The notes under the pieces were generated by a model. That model made no database searches. It was not told the DNA's origin and saw nothing but the letters and a program-made list of their open reading frames with translations. This document shows positions 53,156 through 64,000 of a DNA stretch of 64,000 nt, in pieces. How positions within the stretch are numbered: the stretch's first letter is position 1; every line of letters begins with the position of its first letter. The stretch comes from Thermodesulfovibrionales bacterium (GTDB lineage: Bacteria; Nitrospirota; Thermodesulfovibrionia; Thermodesulfovibrionales; UBA6898), in NCBI GenBank assembly GCA_044450345.1, contig JBIOIY010000003.1:96001-160000 (forward strand), written 5' to 3'. The position numbers were made by a program, and so were the translations under genes.

Positions 53156-54097
53156 ATGGCAAGAACGGCGAGGAAGAATCCGGTGGACATGTCCTTTTCC
53201 GTTATCACCGGTATCGCTTCTTTTTCAGTTGTCATTTTTATTATCGGAATTCTTTATGTGCTTATATCGGAGTCTTCCCTCGCAATAGGGAAATTCGGGG
53301 TCATTAAGTTTCTTACTTCGACAGACTGGGACCCGGTGAAAGAGTCTTTCGGAGCTCTGACGAATATTTACGGGACTGCTGTAACGACGATCCTATCCCT
53401 TATTATCGCGATCCCCGTTGCCATAGGAATTGCGATATTCGTCACCGAAATATCCCCGAATTTTCTGAAGGGACCAATCGGGATAGCGATAGAGCTCCTG
53501 GCGGCAATACCGAGCATTATTTACGGCATGTGGGGACTTTTCACCCTTTCGCCGATAATGAGCAATCACATAGAGCCTTTCCTCAAGAAGATCTTCGGGT
53601 CCATCCCCCTTGTGGGGATACTTTTCCAGGGTACGCCGATGGGGATCGATATCCTCACGGCGAGTATTATTTTGAGTATCATGATCATCCCTTTTACCGC
53701 AAGCATATCGCGGGATTCATTCAATCTCACGCCGGCGGTGGTGAAGGAGTCGGCATATGCGATCGGCGCCACAAAGTGGGAGGTGGTAAAGAATGTCATT
53801 CTGCCGTATTCAAAGCTCGGCGTTTTCGGAGGGGTGGTTCTTTCTCTCGGGCGGGCGCTCGGAGAAACAATGGCAGTCGCCTTTGTGCTCGGCAATAACC
53901 ACAGGATCACGACATCCCTTTTTGATGCCGCCGCGACCATTACGGTAACACTTGCAAATGAGTTTACCGAGGCGGACAAGGACGTTTACCTTTCCTCGCT
54001 GTTTTATCTGGCATTAGTACTCTTCGTGATGAGCTTTATTACCCTGGCCATCGCAAAATATTTTCTCCTTAAGGCAGAAAGGAAATATTCGAGATGA
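53156..54097 (+). CDS. pstC: Phosphate ABC transporter permease
   Basis: ELLAAIPSIIYGMWG, ESAYAIGATKWE and LGRALGETMAV. Confidence 0.96.
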   Translation: MARTARKNPVDMSFSVITGIASFSVVIFIIGILYVLISESSLAIGKFGVIKFLTSTDWDPVKESFGALTNIYGTAVTTILSLIIAIPVAIGIAIFVTEISPNFLKGPIGIAIELLAAIPSIIYGMWGLFTLSPIMSNHIEPFLKKIFGSIPLVGILFQGTPMGIDILTASIILSIMIIPFTASISRDSFNLTPAVVKESAYAIGATKWEVVKNVILPYSKLGVFGGVVLSLGRALGETMAVAFVLGNNHRITTSLFDAAATITVTLANEFTEADKDVYLSSLFYLALVLFVMSFITLAIAKYFLLKAERKYSR

Positions 54098-54933
54098 CTA
54101 GGGAACAAAAAAGAAAAGTGGAAGGGACTATCGCACTATTCCTGAGCACCATGGCCGCCTTTTTCGGCCTGTTCTGGCTTGTCTTTATACTGGGAGATGT
54201 ACTTGTCCATGGAATAAAGGCTTTGAATCCAGGCCTTTTCATGAATGACCCTGTGCCGCCGGGCGTTGAGGGAGGGGGGCTGAGAAACGCTTTTGTGGGG
54301 CAGCTTATGATAACCATACTTGCAACATTTATCGGGGTTCCAATCGGCGTGCTCGGGGGGACGTTTCTTGCCGAGTATGCACGGGGCAGAAAGATCGCAA
54401 GAATGATCAGTATACTCGCCGACATCATGGTGAGCGTTCCCTCTATCGTTATAGGTACATTCATCTACGCGATTCTTGTGAAACCTGTGGGACACTTCAA
54501 TGGATGGGCAGGCGCAGTTGCACTGGCGATCATCATGGTTCCTGTAGTGCTCAGGACGACCGAGGACATGCTTTCCCTCGTGCCGTGGACTTTGAGAGAA
54601 GCCGCTTTTGCCCTGGGTGCGCCCTATTACAAAGTGATCACCCAGGTGGTTTACCGGGGGGCGGCAACAGGGATTCTTACCGGTATCCTCCTCTCGATCG
54701 CAAGGGTGGCAGGAGAGACTGCGCCTCTTCTGTTCACTTCATTCAATAACTCTTTTTTCTCTCTAAACATGCAGCAGCCTATTGCTTCTCTTACTGTAAC
54801 GATCTTTCAGTATGCCATGGGACCGTATGATAGCTGGCATACGCAGGCATGGGCCGCAGCATTCGTGATTACGATATTCATACTCATCCTGACAATCACG
54901 GGAAGACTGATCATCAAGTGGAGGTACAAATAG
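54094..54933 (+). CDS. pstA: Phosphate ABC transporter permease
   Basis: [17 protein letters not shown] and [13 protein letters not shown]. Confidence 0.96.
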   Translation: MTREQKRKVEGTIALFLSTMAAFFGLFWLVFILGDVLVHGIKALNPGLFMNDPVPPGVEGGGLRNAFVGQLMITILATFIGVPIGVLGGTFLAEYARGRKIARMISILADIMVSVPSIVIGTFIYAILVKPVGHFNGWAGAVALAIIMVPVVLRTTEDMLSLVPWTLREAAFALGAPYYKVITQVVYRGAATGILTGILLSIARVAGETAPLLFTSFNNSFFSLNMQQPIASLTVTIFQYAMGPYDSWHTQAWAAAFVITIFILILTITGRLIIKWRYK

Positions 54934-55697
54934 TGTCCGAGACTGTTGAAATAGAAGTAAAAGACTTGAACTTCCATTACGCCGGGGATATTCACGCCCT
55001 TAAAGAAGTAAATCTGGCGGTCTATAAAAACGCGGTTACCGCGCTGATAGGTCCGTCCGGCTGCGGCAAGACTACCTTGCTCAGATGTTTCAACCGGATG
55101 CATGACCTCTATCCGAAGAACAGGTATGAGGGGGAGATACATTTTCAGGGGAGCAACATCCTATCGAAAGAGACCGATCTCATACACCTCAGGAGCCGCA
55201 TAGGGATGGTCTTTCAGAAGCCGACCCCGTTTCCGATGAGTATCTTTGATAATATCGCGTACGGTCTTAAACTGAACGGGGTGGGCAGAAGATCGGATTT
55301 GGCGGAAAAGGTGGAGAAAGCCCTTGTGCATGCTGCCCTGTGGGACGAGGTGAAAGACAAACTCGGCGCGAGCGCCTATGAACTGTCGGGGGGACAACAG
55401 CAGAGGCTCGTTATCGCGAGGGCACTTGCGGTGAACCCTGAAGTGCTGCTCTTTGATGAACCGACTTCCGCACTGGACCCTATTTCGACTGCAAAGATAG
55501 AGGAACTTGCTACGGCCTTGAAAAAGGAGATTACTATAGTTATAGTTACGCACAACATGCAGCAGGCTGCGAGGATATCAGACTGGACCGGCTTCTTAAT
55601 GCTGGGGGAATTGATCGAGTTCGGCAGGACCGATAAGATTTTTACCGCACCATCTGAAAAACTCACAGAAGACTATGTAACGGGGAGGTTCGGTTGA
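54933..55697 (+). CDS. pstB: Phosphate ABC transporter ATPase
   Basis: [38 protein letters not shown] and YVTGRFG; start moved to GTG 54933. Confidence 0.96.
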   Translation: MSETVEIEVKDLNFHYAGDIHALKEVNLAVYKNAVTALIGPSGCGKTTLLRCFNRMHDLYPKNRYEGEIHFQGSNILSKETDLIHLRSRIGMVFQKPTPFPMSIFDNIAYGLKLNGVGRRSDLAEKVEKALVHAALWDEVKDKLGASAYELSGGQQQRLVIARALAVNPEVLLFDEPTSALDPISTAKIEELATALKKEITIVIVTHNMQQAARISDWTGFLMLGELIEFGRTDKIFTAPSEKLTEDYVTGRFG

Positions 55698-56365
55698 TGA
55701 CTGTTTTTGATGAGGAATTACAGCACCTGAAAGAGAAGCTGCTCAAGATGGGGTCCCTTGTCGAGGACGCTATCAAGAATTCGGTCCTGTCCCTCGTGGA
55801 GAGGGACAACGACCTTGCGCGGAGGGTCATCGATAATGACCGCCTCGTAAACACCCTAGACGTCGAGATCGACGAGGAATCGATCCGGCTCATTGCACTG
55901 AGACAGCCGATGGCAGGCGATCTCAGGTTTATCACAACAGCCATGAAGATTACCACCGATCTCGAGAGGATGGGAGACCTCGGGGTAAATATAGCGGAAA
56001 GGGCACTCGAACTCAACCAGGAGCCTATATTGAAGCCCTATATCGACATCCCTAAAATGAGGGAGATTGCCCAGGGGATGACAAGGGACGCACTCGACGC
56101 CTTCGTGAGAAAAGACAAGAAGCTCGCTATGGATGTGATCATGCGGGATGATGAGGTCGACGATCTCAAACACGCAGTCTTACAGGAGCTGGCCTTTTTT
56201 ATGGTCCAGGACCCTACTACGGTAACCCGGGCGATGAAGATAAGCTTTGTTGCTCAATATCTTGAAAGGATCGCGGACCATGCTACCAACGTCGCAGAGA
56301 TGGTCATATATCTGATTGAAGGGAAAATAATCAGGCATATGACGTTGCCCCCAGAAAATATGTAG
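55694..56365 (+). CDS. phoU: Phosphate signalling protein PhoU
   Basis: [15 protein letters not shown] and [13 protein letters not shown]. Confidence 0.96.
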   Translation: MMTVFDEELQHLKEKLLKMGSLVEDAIKNSVLSLVERDNDLARRVIDNDRLVNTLDVEIDEESIRLIALRQPMAGDLRFITTAMKITTDLERMGDLGVNIAERALELNQEPILKPYIDIPKMREIAQGMTRDALDAFVRKDKKLAMDVIMRDDEVDDLKHAVLQELAFFMVQDPTTVTRAMKISFVAQYLERIADHATNVAEMVIYLIEGKIIRHMTLPPENM

Positions 56366-56523
56366 CGAGCTTCCGCTGTCCCGAGGCGTTTGCCTGGAAA
56401 GTGCCGCTCGCCGGCTGTCCGTATTCCCCTGACCCTGTCCATATTTACCGATTTTGGGATATAATACATTCTTTCCGGGGCTTTATATAAAGCCATATAA
56501 AGACACGGGCTTAGCAGAAAGAG

Positions 56524-57726
56524 GTGCTTGAAATTAAAAAATTGCGCGGCAGAAAAGGCTATTTCGGAGAGTACGGCGGACGTTTTGCGCCCGAGACCCT
56601 CATCCCGGCGCTCGAGGAACTCGAGACGGCCTATAATGACTTGAAAAAGGACAGGGAGTTTCAGCGGGAGCTTGCCTATCTCATGAAGAATTATGTAGGA
56701 AGACCGACGCCGCTCTATTTTGCGAAGAGGCTGACAGAGTCCCTCGGAGGGGCAAAGGTCTATCTCAAGCGCGAAGACCTTGCGCATACCGGGGCCCATA
56801 AGATCAATAACGCCCTCGGTCAGGCCCTCCTGGCTAAGAAGATGGGTAAAAAGAGGCTGATTGCCGAGACGGGCGCCGGCCAGCACGGCGTGGCGACCGC
56901 GACAGGGGCCGCCCTCTGCGGTCTTGAATGCGAGATTTATATGGGGTCTGACGATATCGCGAGGCAGTCCCTGAACGTCTTCAGGATGAAACTGCTCGGC
57001 GCTGAAGTGGCCGAGGTCTCGGTCGGGTCTCGGACGCTGAAGGACGCGATCAATGAAGCGATGCGGGACTGGACAGCGAATGTCGCAACTACACATTATG
57101 TCCTGGGAACTGTGTTCGGCCCTCATCCCTTCCCGACGATCGTGAGGGACCTGCAGTCTGTAATCGGGAAAGAGGCAAAAAAACAGATCCTCGATGAAGA
57201 GGGAAGGCTGCCGGATTATCTGATAGCCTGCATCGGCGGAGGGAGCAATGCGATGGGGCTGTTCCATCAGTTCATTAAAGATAAAGACGTGAATATGATC
57301 GGAGTGGAGGCCGGGGGGAGGGGAATAGTCCCCGGTGAGCATGCAGCGCGGTTCGCGGGGGGATCGGTCGGCATACTCCAGGGGACCAAGAGTTTTCTTC
57401 TCCAGGACGATGACGGCAACATCCTCGGCACCCATTCTGTTTCGGCAGGTCTTGACTATGCGGCGGTAGGACCGGAACATTCTTTTCTCAGAGACTCAGG
57501 AAGGGTCGCTTATACCTATGCCACCGACGAAGAGGCGCTCAGCGCGTTTGAACGTCTCTCAAGGACAGAGGGCATCATTCCCGCCCTGGAGTCTTCCCAT
57601 GCCCTTGCCGAAGCGGTCAAGCTGGCCCCCGGACTTTCCAAAGACAAGGTGATCATCGTCAATCTCTCCGGCCGCGGCGACAAGGATGTGCAGCATGTCG
57701 CCCGGATAAAAGGGATAGAGCTGTGA
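56524..57726 (+). CDS. trpB: Tryptophan synthase beta chain
   Basis: [24 protein letters not shown] and NLSGRGDKD. Confidence 0.97.
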   Translation: MLEIKKLRGRKGYFGEYGGRFAPETLIPALEELETAYNDLKKDREFQRELAYLMKNYVGRPTPLYFAKRLTESLGGAKVYLKREDLAHTGAHKINNALGQALLAKKMGKKRLIAETGAGQHGVATATGAALCGLECEIYMGSDDIARQSLNVFRMKLLGAEVAEVSVGSRTLKDAINEAMRDWTANVATTHYVLGTVFGPHPFPTIVRDLQSVIGKEAKKQILDEEGRLPDYLIACIGGGSNAMGLFHQFIKDKDVNMIGVEAGGRGIVPGEHAARFAGGSVGILQGTKSFLLQDDDGNILGTHSVSAGLDYAAVGPEHSFLRDSGRVAYTYATDEEALSAFERLSRTEGIIPALESSHALAEAVKLAPGLSKDKVIIVNLSGRGDKDVQHVARIKGIEL

Positions 57727-58502
57727 TGTCCCGTATAGAGAAAAAATTCAAGGAAGTCCTCCGACGCAAGGGAAAGGCATTTATCCCTTATATTATGGCC
57801 GGTGATCCCAATCTCGAACGGACGAGGGAACTGGTCGGGATACTCGAGGAATGCGGGGCCGACGTCATCGAACTCGGGGTGCCTTTTTCAGACCCCCTTG
57901 CAGACGGCCCTACGATACAGAAGGCGGCCCAGCGTGCGCTCAGTGAAGGGGTCACCCTGGGAAAGGCGATCGAGTTTGTCGGCTCTCTCAGAAGGACAAC
58001 TCAGATCCCTATTGTGCTGATGACTTACTATAACCTGATATTTCGGTACGGGGAGGAGAGGTTTGTGCGGGAAGCGTATACCGCCGGCGTAGACGGGATA
58101 ATAGTACCTGATCTGCCTCCGGACGAAGCCGGACCACTGCTGTCTTTTTCGAAGAATACAGGCTTCGACGTCATCTTCCTTGTTGCCCCCACGTCCACCG
58201 GCGAAAGGATAAAAAAAGTGGCGAGGGCGTCGCGGGGCTTTATCTATTACGTCTCTATCACAGGGATAACCGGCTCGAAACTTTCAGTAGATGCATCCAT
58301 CGGATCACACATCGAAAAGATAAGACAGATAAGCAGGAAACCTGTTGCGGTCGGGTTCGGCATTGCGACGCCCGAGGAGGCTTCAGAGATCGCCAAAATC
58401 GCTGATGGCGTGATAGTCGGAAGCGCGATCGTGAAACGGGTGGAGGATACAGATGAAAATCTGAAGCAGTATCTCATCTCATTGAGAAAGGCGATATCAT
58501 GA
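57723..58502 (+). CDS. trpA: Tryptophan synthase alpha chain
   Basis: [22 protein letters not shown] and VGFGI. Confidence 0.97.
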   Translation: MMSRIEKKFKEVLRRKGKAFIPYIMAGDPNLERTRELVGILEECGADVIELGVPFSDPLADGPTIQKAAQRALSEGVTLGKAIEFVGSLRRTTQIPIVLMTYYNLIFRYGEERFVREAYTAGVDGIIVPDLPPDEAGPLLSFSKNTGFDVIFLVAPTSTGERIKKVARASRGFIYYVSITGITGSKLSVDASIGSHIEKIRQISRKPVAVGFGIATPEEASEIAKIADGVIVGSAIVKRVEDTDENLKQYLISLRKAIS

Positions 58503-59260
58503 AGCTTAGGGTCCTGGGGAGCTCCGGCGCTGAATTCCCCGGATACAATGCTCCCGCCTTTCTCATCGACAGCAGGCTCCTTCTTGACGGCGGCACGATA
58601 GGCTCCCGACTGAGCGAGTCTGAACAGTGGAAGATAAAAAATATCCTGATAACCCACTCCCATCTTGACCATATAAAGGGGATACCCTTTCTTGCCGACA
58701 ACATCGTAATCAAGAACAGGAGGCACAGCATCACGCTCCTCGGCATCGGCGAGACGCTCACGGCCCTGCGGGAGAATTTATTGAACGACAAACTCTGGCC
58801 TGATTTTACCAGGACATCGGCCGCGATCGATCCGGTGATAAGGCTGAAGAGCATTTCCGAGTGCAAGGCCTTTAAAATCGACGGCTATACGATCAAGGCA
58901 TGCCGGGTGGACCATACCGTCCCTGCAGTGGGCTATATAATAAAAGATCTTAGCGGCAGGGTGCTGCTTTACACCGGTGATACGGGGCCGACAAATGACA
59001 TCTGGCGTGCAGCTCCCAGGGTCGATGTAGTCATCGGCGAGGTCTCTTTCCCGAACAATCTGGAGGCGCTCGCGATAAAGACGGGGCACCTGACCGCAGG
59101 GCTCCTTGCCGGAGAACTTGAAAAGATGACAAATTTTCAGGGACGGATCTTTGTGACCCACCCCAAACCCCAGTACATCGATCGCATCAGAAAAGAGATA
59201 CACAGGATCGGAAGACGGCGGATTGAGATGCTGAAAGACGGGAAGGTATATGAGATCTGA
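58499..59260 (+). CDS. Metallo-beta-lactamase-fold 3',5'-cyclic-nucleotide phosphodiesterase (class II-like)
   Basis: THSHLDHI, ND.LWPDFT, VDHTVP, GDTGP and GHLT. Confidence 0.8.
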   Translation: MKLRVLGSSGAEFPGYNAPAFLIDSRLLLDGGTIGSRLSESEQWKIKNILITHSHLDHIKGIPFLADNIVIKNRRHSITLLGIGETLTALRENLLNDKLWPDFTRTSAAIDPVIRLKSISECKAFKIDGYTIKACRVDHTVPAVGYIIKDLSGRVLLYTGDTGPTNDIWRAAPRVDVVIGEVSFPNNLEALAIKTGHLTAGLLAGELEKMTNFQGRIFVTHPKPQYIDRIRKEIHRIGRRRIEMLKDGKVYEI

Positions 59261-59367
59261 AAATAAAGGCGGTGCTGCAGCCCGGGTCTCCCGGCCGCAC
59301 ATACATGAGGTAATTTTTTGCGGTATTACTGTGAATGAGAATTTGTGAGTGATAAGAAGGTAAATGA

Positions 59368-60201
59368 ATGGCCTGGTTTAAAAAGAGCAAAGAGATAAAG
59401 ACCGATAAAAAAGTGAAGATCCCCGAGGGGCTCTGGGTAAAGTGCGAGAGCTGCCGCGAGATCGTCTATAAGAAGGAAATAGACAAGAACCTCAAGATAT
59501 GCCCCAAGTGCAATTATCATTTCAGGATCAGCGCCAGAGAGCGTCTCAAGCTCCTTGTGGACGAAGGCAGCTTCGCCGAGATGGACGCAGGCCTGTTTTC
59601 CAATGACCCCCTGAAGTTCAGGGACAAGGTCTTATATAAGGAGAAGCTCGAAGAAAACAAGAGGAAGACCGGTCTTGAAGACGCCGCCATTTCAGGGGAG
59701 GCGATGGTCGAGGGACATCCGATTATCCTCGTAATTATGGATTTTGCCTTTATCGGAGGGAGCATGGGGTCCGTTGTCGGAGAGAAGATCGTAAGGGCCG
59801 CGGAGGCCGCCGTCGAGTCGGACAGGCCCCTTGTGACAGTTGCTTCCTCCGGCGGCGCGAGGATGCAGGAAGGTATCTTTTCCCTCATGCAGATGGCGCG
59901 GGTATCGGCGGCCGTGGGCAGATTAAGGGACAGCGGACAGCTTTATATTTCTGTCCTGGCCGATCCGACGTTCGGAGGGGTGACCGCCAGTTTCGCGATG
60001 CTCGGGGACGTGATCCTCGCTGAGCCGAAGAGCCTCATAGGGTTTGCGGGAAGGGGCGTTATCGAGCAGACTATCAAGCAGCAACTCCCGGAAGACTTCC
60101 AGCGGGCCGAGTTTCTCCTCGAACATGGCTTTATAGACAAGATCGTCGATAGGAAAGATATCAAGAAGACCGTTGCAAAGATCATAGAATTGCTTGTATG
60201 A
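59368..60201 (+). CDS. accD: Acetyl-CoA carboxylase carboxyltransferase beta subunit
   Basis: PEGLWVKC..C zinc finger, GGSMGSVVGEK, SGGARMQEG and FQRAEFLLEHG. Confidence 0.97.
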   Translation: MAWFKKSKEIKTDKKVKIPEGLWVKCESCREIVYKKEIDKNLKICPKCNYHFRISARERLKLLVDEGSFAEMDAGLFSNDPLKFRDKVLYKEKLEENKRKTGLEDAAISGEAMVEGHPIILVIMDFAFIGGSMGSVVGEKIVRAAEAAVESDRPLVTVASSGGARMQEGIFSLMQMARVSAAVGRLRDSGQLYISVLADPTFGGVTASFAMLGDVILAEPKSLIGFAGRGVIEQTIKQQLPEDFQRAEFLLEHGFIDKIVDRKDIKKTVAKIIELLV

Positions 60202-61505
60202 GCTACCCGACCACGATCGATTATCTTTACGGCCTTCAAAAGTTCGGGATGAAGTTCGGCCTGGATAATATCCGGAAACTCATGTCCGTCTTTCATAATC
60301 CCCAGGACTCTTTCCGGTCAGTCCACGTAGCCGGGACCAATGGAAAGGGTTCCACCTCGGCGATGATAGAATCCATCCTCCGGACCGCAGGCATAAGGAC
60401 CGGCCTTTTTTCGTCTCCCCACCTCATCAGCTTTACGGAAAGGATCAGGATAGACGGGGAGGAGATAACCGAAAAGGACGTAGTGGCGCTTGCCGGGGAG
60501 GTGAGGGCGGCTGCGGAAAAGATCGGGGATTTTTCTCCTACTTTTTTTGAGGTGGTCACCACCATGGCCTTTCTTCATTTCAGAAAGGCGGGGGTCGAGT
60601 GGGCGGTGATCGAAACGGGCTTGGGAGGAAGGCTAGACGCAACGAACATCATCATGCCCGAGGCGGCCGTCATTACGAGGATCGGTCTTGATCACTGTGA
60701 ATTTCTCGGCAAGACCCTGGGGGAGATCGCTTCGGAAAAGGCGGGCATCATAAAGGACGGCGTCCCTGTCGTGTCGGCCGCCCAGGAGGCCCCGGCGATG
60801 CAGGTCATCGAGAAGAAGGCAAAGGAGAAGGACTCGCCGCTCTTCACGTATGGAGACTCATTCGCGTCGGAGCTGACGTCTGAAACATTCGAAGGGACAT
60901 CGTTTCGTTATTCCGGAGAAAGGCATAACAGAGACTTTGCCTTGCCATTGGCCGGCAGACACCAGATGATCAACGCGTCGATGGCCGTAAAGACGGCTGA
61001 GATACTTATGGGGAAATATCCGGGGATGAAGTGCGATATAGGGAAGGGACTCTCCAATGTAAGGTGGCCGGGGAGGATGGAGATGGTGAATGACGCCCCC
61101 CCGGTCCTTATTGACGGCGCCCATAATCCCCAGGCAGCATTAGCCCTCTCGGGATACCTGAAAGAGGTTGCGCTTTCGAGATATAAGAGGATCGTCCTGG
61201 TAATCGGTGTGATGGGGGACAAGGATATCGAGGGTATACTGGGCCCCCTTCTGCCGGTTGCTTCAGAGATGATTTTTGCAGCGCCTGCGTACGGCAGGTC
61301 GGCCCGGCCTGAGAGGCTTGCAGCGCTTGCGGCCGCGAAGGGATATTCGTCGCTGGTTGCGCCGAGCGTAGCGGATGCCGTGAAAAAGGCGGTGGAAATA
61401 TGCCTTCCCGGAGACCTTGTCGTGGTTACCGGATCTTTCTACACAATCGGCGAGGCCAAGGAGTCCTTCGGAAATAAAGGAGTGCTAACGAGGCTCAGGG
61501 AATAA
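60198..61505 (+). CDS. folC: Folylpolyglutamate synthase / dihydrofolate synthase
   Basis: AGTNGKGST, ETGLGGRLDATN, WPGR, DGAHN and TGSFY. Confidence 0.96.
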   Translation: MSYPTTIDYLYGLQKFGMKFGLDNIRKLMSVFHNPQDSFRSVHVAGTNGKGSTSAMIESILRTAGIRTGLFSSPHLISFTERIRIDGEEITEKDVVALAGEVRAAAEKIGDFSPTFFEVVTTMAFLHFRKAGVEWAVIETGLGGRLDATNIIMPEAAVITRIGLDHCEFLGKTLGEIASEKAGIIKDGVPVVSAAQEAPAMQVIEKKAKEKDSPLFTYGDSFASELTSETFEGTSFRYSGERHNRDFALPLAGRHQMINASMAVKTAEILMGKYPGMKCDIGKGLSNVRWPGRMEMVNDAPPVLIDGAHNPQAALALSGYLKEVALSRYKRIVLVIGVMGDKDIEGILGPLLPVASEMIFAAPAYGRSARPERLAALAAAKGYSSLVAPSVADAVKKAVEICLPGDLVVVTGSFYTIGEAKESFGNKGVLTRLRE

Positions 61506-61726
61506 AGACAATAAACCTTATTGTTGCATTGCAGCAGACAAAAACACCTCAGAAGCTCTGCAATGACAACATGATTTAATTAAACATCACGTAAACGCAG
61601 ACATAACTATGGGTTGTAATTCAGAAAGACGATTGGCAGCCCCGCTTAAGGGCTGTAAAGTGTTGCAGGCAGCGCTTTTTCGGCGTTCCTGTCTGCTGCG
61701 AATTGATTATTCTATGCAACTGTAAG

Positions 61727-61855
61727 GTAAGCAGTAAGTAGTGAGAAGTTAATCTATATGTGAAAGGTGAAAGTCAGAGGTGAAAGGCAAAATAACACGC
61801 AATCGTCTGTTGTTTTTTGTTTCACTATTCGCTGTTCACTATTTACTATCTGCTG
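61727..61855. repeat. Degenerate heptamer repeats in both orientations around the lptD start
   Basis: gtaagca gtaagta gtgagaa / gtgaaag gtgaaag upstream; ttcacta ttcgctg ttcacta tttacta tctgctg at 61821-61855. Confidence 0.55.
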
Positions 61856-63765
61856 CTGTCTGTTTTGCCGGGGATGCCAACAATACCGTCATCACTTCGG
61901 ATAAGCTCGAATATTTCGGCGAGACAAAGAAATATGTCGCCACAGGGTCGGCAACGGTTGAAAAAGGCGGCGCTGTACTGAAATCCGACGAAATAACGTT
62001 CCACGAGGACACTTCCGATGCGTTCGCCGTCGGCGGGATGAGGTACGAGGACCCCGACTCCTCTATAAAAGCGGCCAGGGCCGAGATGAATCTCGATGCC
62101 AAGACCGGGACGCTCTTCGATGCCGAGGTGTTATATAAGAAATACAATTATCACATCCGGGGAAAGGAGATAGAGAAGAGGGCAGAAGATTACTATTACA
62201 GTCCCGATGCCACGTTTACCACCTGCGACGCGCCTGTACCTGACTGGTGCTTCAAAGGAAAGGACGTCAATGCCGTGGTCGAAAAAAAGGTGATCGCAAG
62301 AAGCGCGACCTTCCGGATCCTGGACCTTCCTGTCTTCTATACGCCATATCTGTATGCCCCCCTCATGAAAGAACGGCAGACCGGTCTTTTGATCCCCCTT
62401 GTTTCAAACAGCACGGCTCGCGGGGTGTCGCTGACCCTTCCGTTTTATTGGGCGATTGCGGAAAACAGAGACGCCACGGTCATCATCGACGCTTACAGCA
62501 AGCGCGGTTTGGGCACAGGGATCGAATACCGCTTCGCTGAACCGGGCGGGGCGACCGGCAACTGGTGGGCCTATAACATAAAAGATACCTTACTTGAGAA
62601 GGATTTCTTTGAGGTCAGAGGCCTTTACGAAAACCGTCATGCCGACGGGCTAGGCGGTTATCTCAACATCAATTACGTCAACGATAAGACGTTTTATCAG
62701 CAATTCAGCACACGCCGGGACATTCGTAATCTCCGTTATCTCGAATCCACCGGCGAGTTGAACCTGCCCCTGAATGATTCGAGGCTTTATCTTCTTTCTC
62801 AATACTGGCAGGACATGCTGAACGATACCTCTTCCGTCCCCCAGAAACTCCCGGAGGCCGGATACGTCCTGAATTACACTCCCTTAGGCGACTTCATGAT
62901 CTCTGCGGCCGTTAACGCAGCCAACCTTTGGAGGGAGAGCGGGACATCGGCAGAGAGGATCGATGTGTATCCGCGAATACTGCATTCCGTGGGGAAGGAT
63001 GTGGTCCTGACCCAGGCGGTTGCGCTGAGGGAGACCGCATATTCCTTTTACAAAGACCAGGATGCGGACAACTTCAGACAGAGAGAGGCGTTCGAATACG
63101 ATGCGATTTTGCATACAAGGCTTTATAAGACATATTCTGCATTCACCCATATTATCGAGCCTTCGGTGCGGTATCACTTTATCTACAGTTCAAGCGATGA
63201 TCTTCCTCTTTTCGATTCCACCGAACTCTTCGGGAAGACCTCGAACATAGAACTGGCCGTTTTAAACAGGGTCGTGGCGAAAGGCACGGAACTGTTTGCG
63301 GTGCGGCTTACCGAGCCGGTCGACACTTATAGTGGAAAACCCTTCCAGCCCCTGAGTCTCGAAGTCTCTGTCAAATCCCCTGTCCCTCTGACGATGGAGG
63401 CAACCTATGACATGTACTCAGGCAGTCTCGATACCGTTACCTCTCTCATCACTTTCCAGGCATTTAAGGCGAACTTTACCCTCGGTGAAAGGTATAACAG
63501 GAAGGACGATATTCTGATGTTTACCGCCTATGCCGGCTTCAGCCCGCTTAAGTCCCTGCAGATATCCGGACAGATGTGGTACGACGCAAAGGGGCCGGGA
63601 CTCAGGGACCTCGTCATGGATGTAAAATACCAAAGACAGTGCTGGGGAGTGCGGTTTGAAGCGGTGAAAAGCCCGGGTGATTTCACGATGAAGGTCCTCT
63701 TCGACATTACGGGAATAACATCGAGGTCTCAGATGAAGATCAGGGAGTATTCTCCCACGCTCTGA
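61780..63765 (+). CDS. lptD: LPS-assembly protein LptD
   Basis: OstA-like N-domain, 'FTTCD...PDW', 'RQTGLLIP', 'PFYWAI..NRDAT' and 'Y.RQCWG'. Confidence 0.88.
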   Translation: MKGKITRNRLLFFVSLFAVHYLLSAAVCFAGDANNTVITSDKLEYFGETKKYVATGSATVEKGGAVLKSDEITFHEDTSDAFAVGGMRYEDPDSSIKAARAEMNLDAKTGTLFDAEVLYKKYNYHIRGKEIEKRAEDYYYSPDATFTTCDAPVPDWCFKGKDVNAVVEKKVIARSATFRILDLPVFYTPYLYAPLMKERQTGLLIPLVSNSTARGVSLTLPFYWAIAENRDATVIIDAYSKRGLGTGIEYRFAEPGGATGNWWAYNIKDTLLEKDFFEVRGLYENRHADGLGGYLNINYVNDKTFYQQFSTRRDIRNLRYLESTGELNLPLNDSRLYLLSQYWQDMLNDTSSVPQKLPEAGYVLNYTPLGDFMISAAVNAANLWRESGTSAERIDVYPRILHSVGKDVVLTQAVALRETAYSFYKDQDADNFRQREAFEYDAILHTRLYKTYSAFTHIIEPSVRYHFIYSSSDDLPLFDSTELFGKTSNIELAVLNRVVAKGTELFAVRLTEPVDTYSGKPFQPLSLEVSVKSPVPLTMEATYDMYSGSLDTVTSLITFQAFKANFTLGERYNRKDDILMFTAYAGFSPLKSLQISGQMWYDAKGPGLRDLVMDVKYQRQCWGVRFEAVKSPGDFTMKVLFDITGITSRSQMKIREYSPTL

Positions 63766-63823
63766 CCCGGAAGAATCTTGCTTCCCCTCTTATCTCGGCA
63801 TGCCGAAAATTGTATAATAGTAT

Positions 63824-64000
63824 ATGAAGTGTAAATATCTGGAGAAACATTTTTCCGAAACTACCGGCAAACTTCATATCCCCTGCCCTTACAGGCAAAG
63901 TACGTGTGTCGATGTGCATGTGGTGATAAAAGACGGCTACTGCTACCGTTCGGAGGATTGCATGGTCATCAAGTGCAAATTCAACCGCATGCAGTCAGAT
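63824..64000 (+). CDS. Partial Cys-rich hypothetical ORF running off the window end
   Basis: MKCKYLEKHFSETTGKLHIPCPYRQSTCVDVHVVIKDGYCYRSEDCMVIKCKFNRMQSD...; TATAAT just upstream. Confidence 0.5.
   Translation, partial: MKCKYLEKHFSETTGKLHIPCPYRQSTCVDVHVVIKDGYCYRSEDCMVIKCKFNRMQSD

Noticed and set aside
56254..57480. 408-aa antisense ORF opposite trpB, and similar shadow ORFs opposite pilQ, the S8 protease, the phosphoesterase and the ATPase
   Set aside because: They overlap well-supported genes on the other strand and have no motifs; expected from codon bias.
1..64000. CRISPR array, tRNA/rRNA, prophage or integrase
   Set aside because: No repeat-spacer array, structural RNA gene or recombinase/phage gene was recognised. 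The 11-bp-period repeats are regulatory boxes, not CRISPR repeats.

Overview
Bacterial chromosomal window. Gene content and order suggest an anaerobic diderm such as Nitrospirota (Thermodesulfovibrionia-like) or Desulfobacterota; this is an inference. Left flank: pilQ, a four-gene surface-protein cassette (a lipoprotein, then two proteins with a Gly-rich-Cys/TM/basic C-terminal sorting tail flanking a CPBP intramembrane protease), aroC-aroK-aroB, glgX, DUF47, pit and phoB-phoR. Right flank: pstSCAB-phoU, trpBA, a class II-type phosphodiesterase, accD, folC and lptD. About 34 kb of accessory genes lies between phoR and pstS. Reading the intergenic DNA shows 15 copies of a Pho-box-like element: usually four hexamers (T/C)(G/T)T(A/C)A(C/T) at an 11-bp period, then 10-11 bp, then a -10 hexamer. 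Most of the island therefore looks like one phosphate-starvation regulon. It includes a second orphan phoB, phoH, mgsA, a secreted metallophosphoesterase and phosphorus-free lipid genes. The most unusual items are: (1) five dispersed ~55-70 aa microproteins, four with exact C-P-x(6-10)-C-x17-C-x7-C spacing, all downstream of Pho boxes; (2) a ferrosome-like cluster (GxxxG protein, HMA-like/TM protein, 22-mer repeat protein) built around a Ca-type P2A ATPase rather than a P1B-6 ATPase; (3) a MetK paralog coupled to that ATPase which has lost its methionine-binding residues but kept its triphosphate-binding residues. A c-di-GMP-I-like riboswitch and a candidate leader-peptide attenuator before an Mg2+ transporter operon are also present. 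No rRNA, tRNA, CRISPR array or intact transposase/integrase was seen. All family assignments are by motif recognition; no database search was run.
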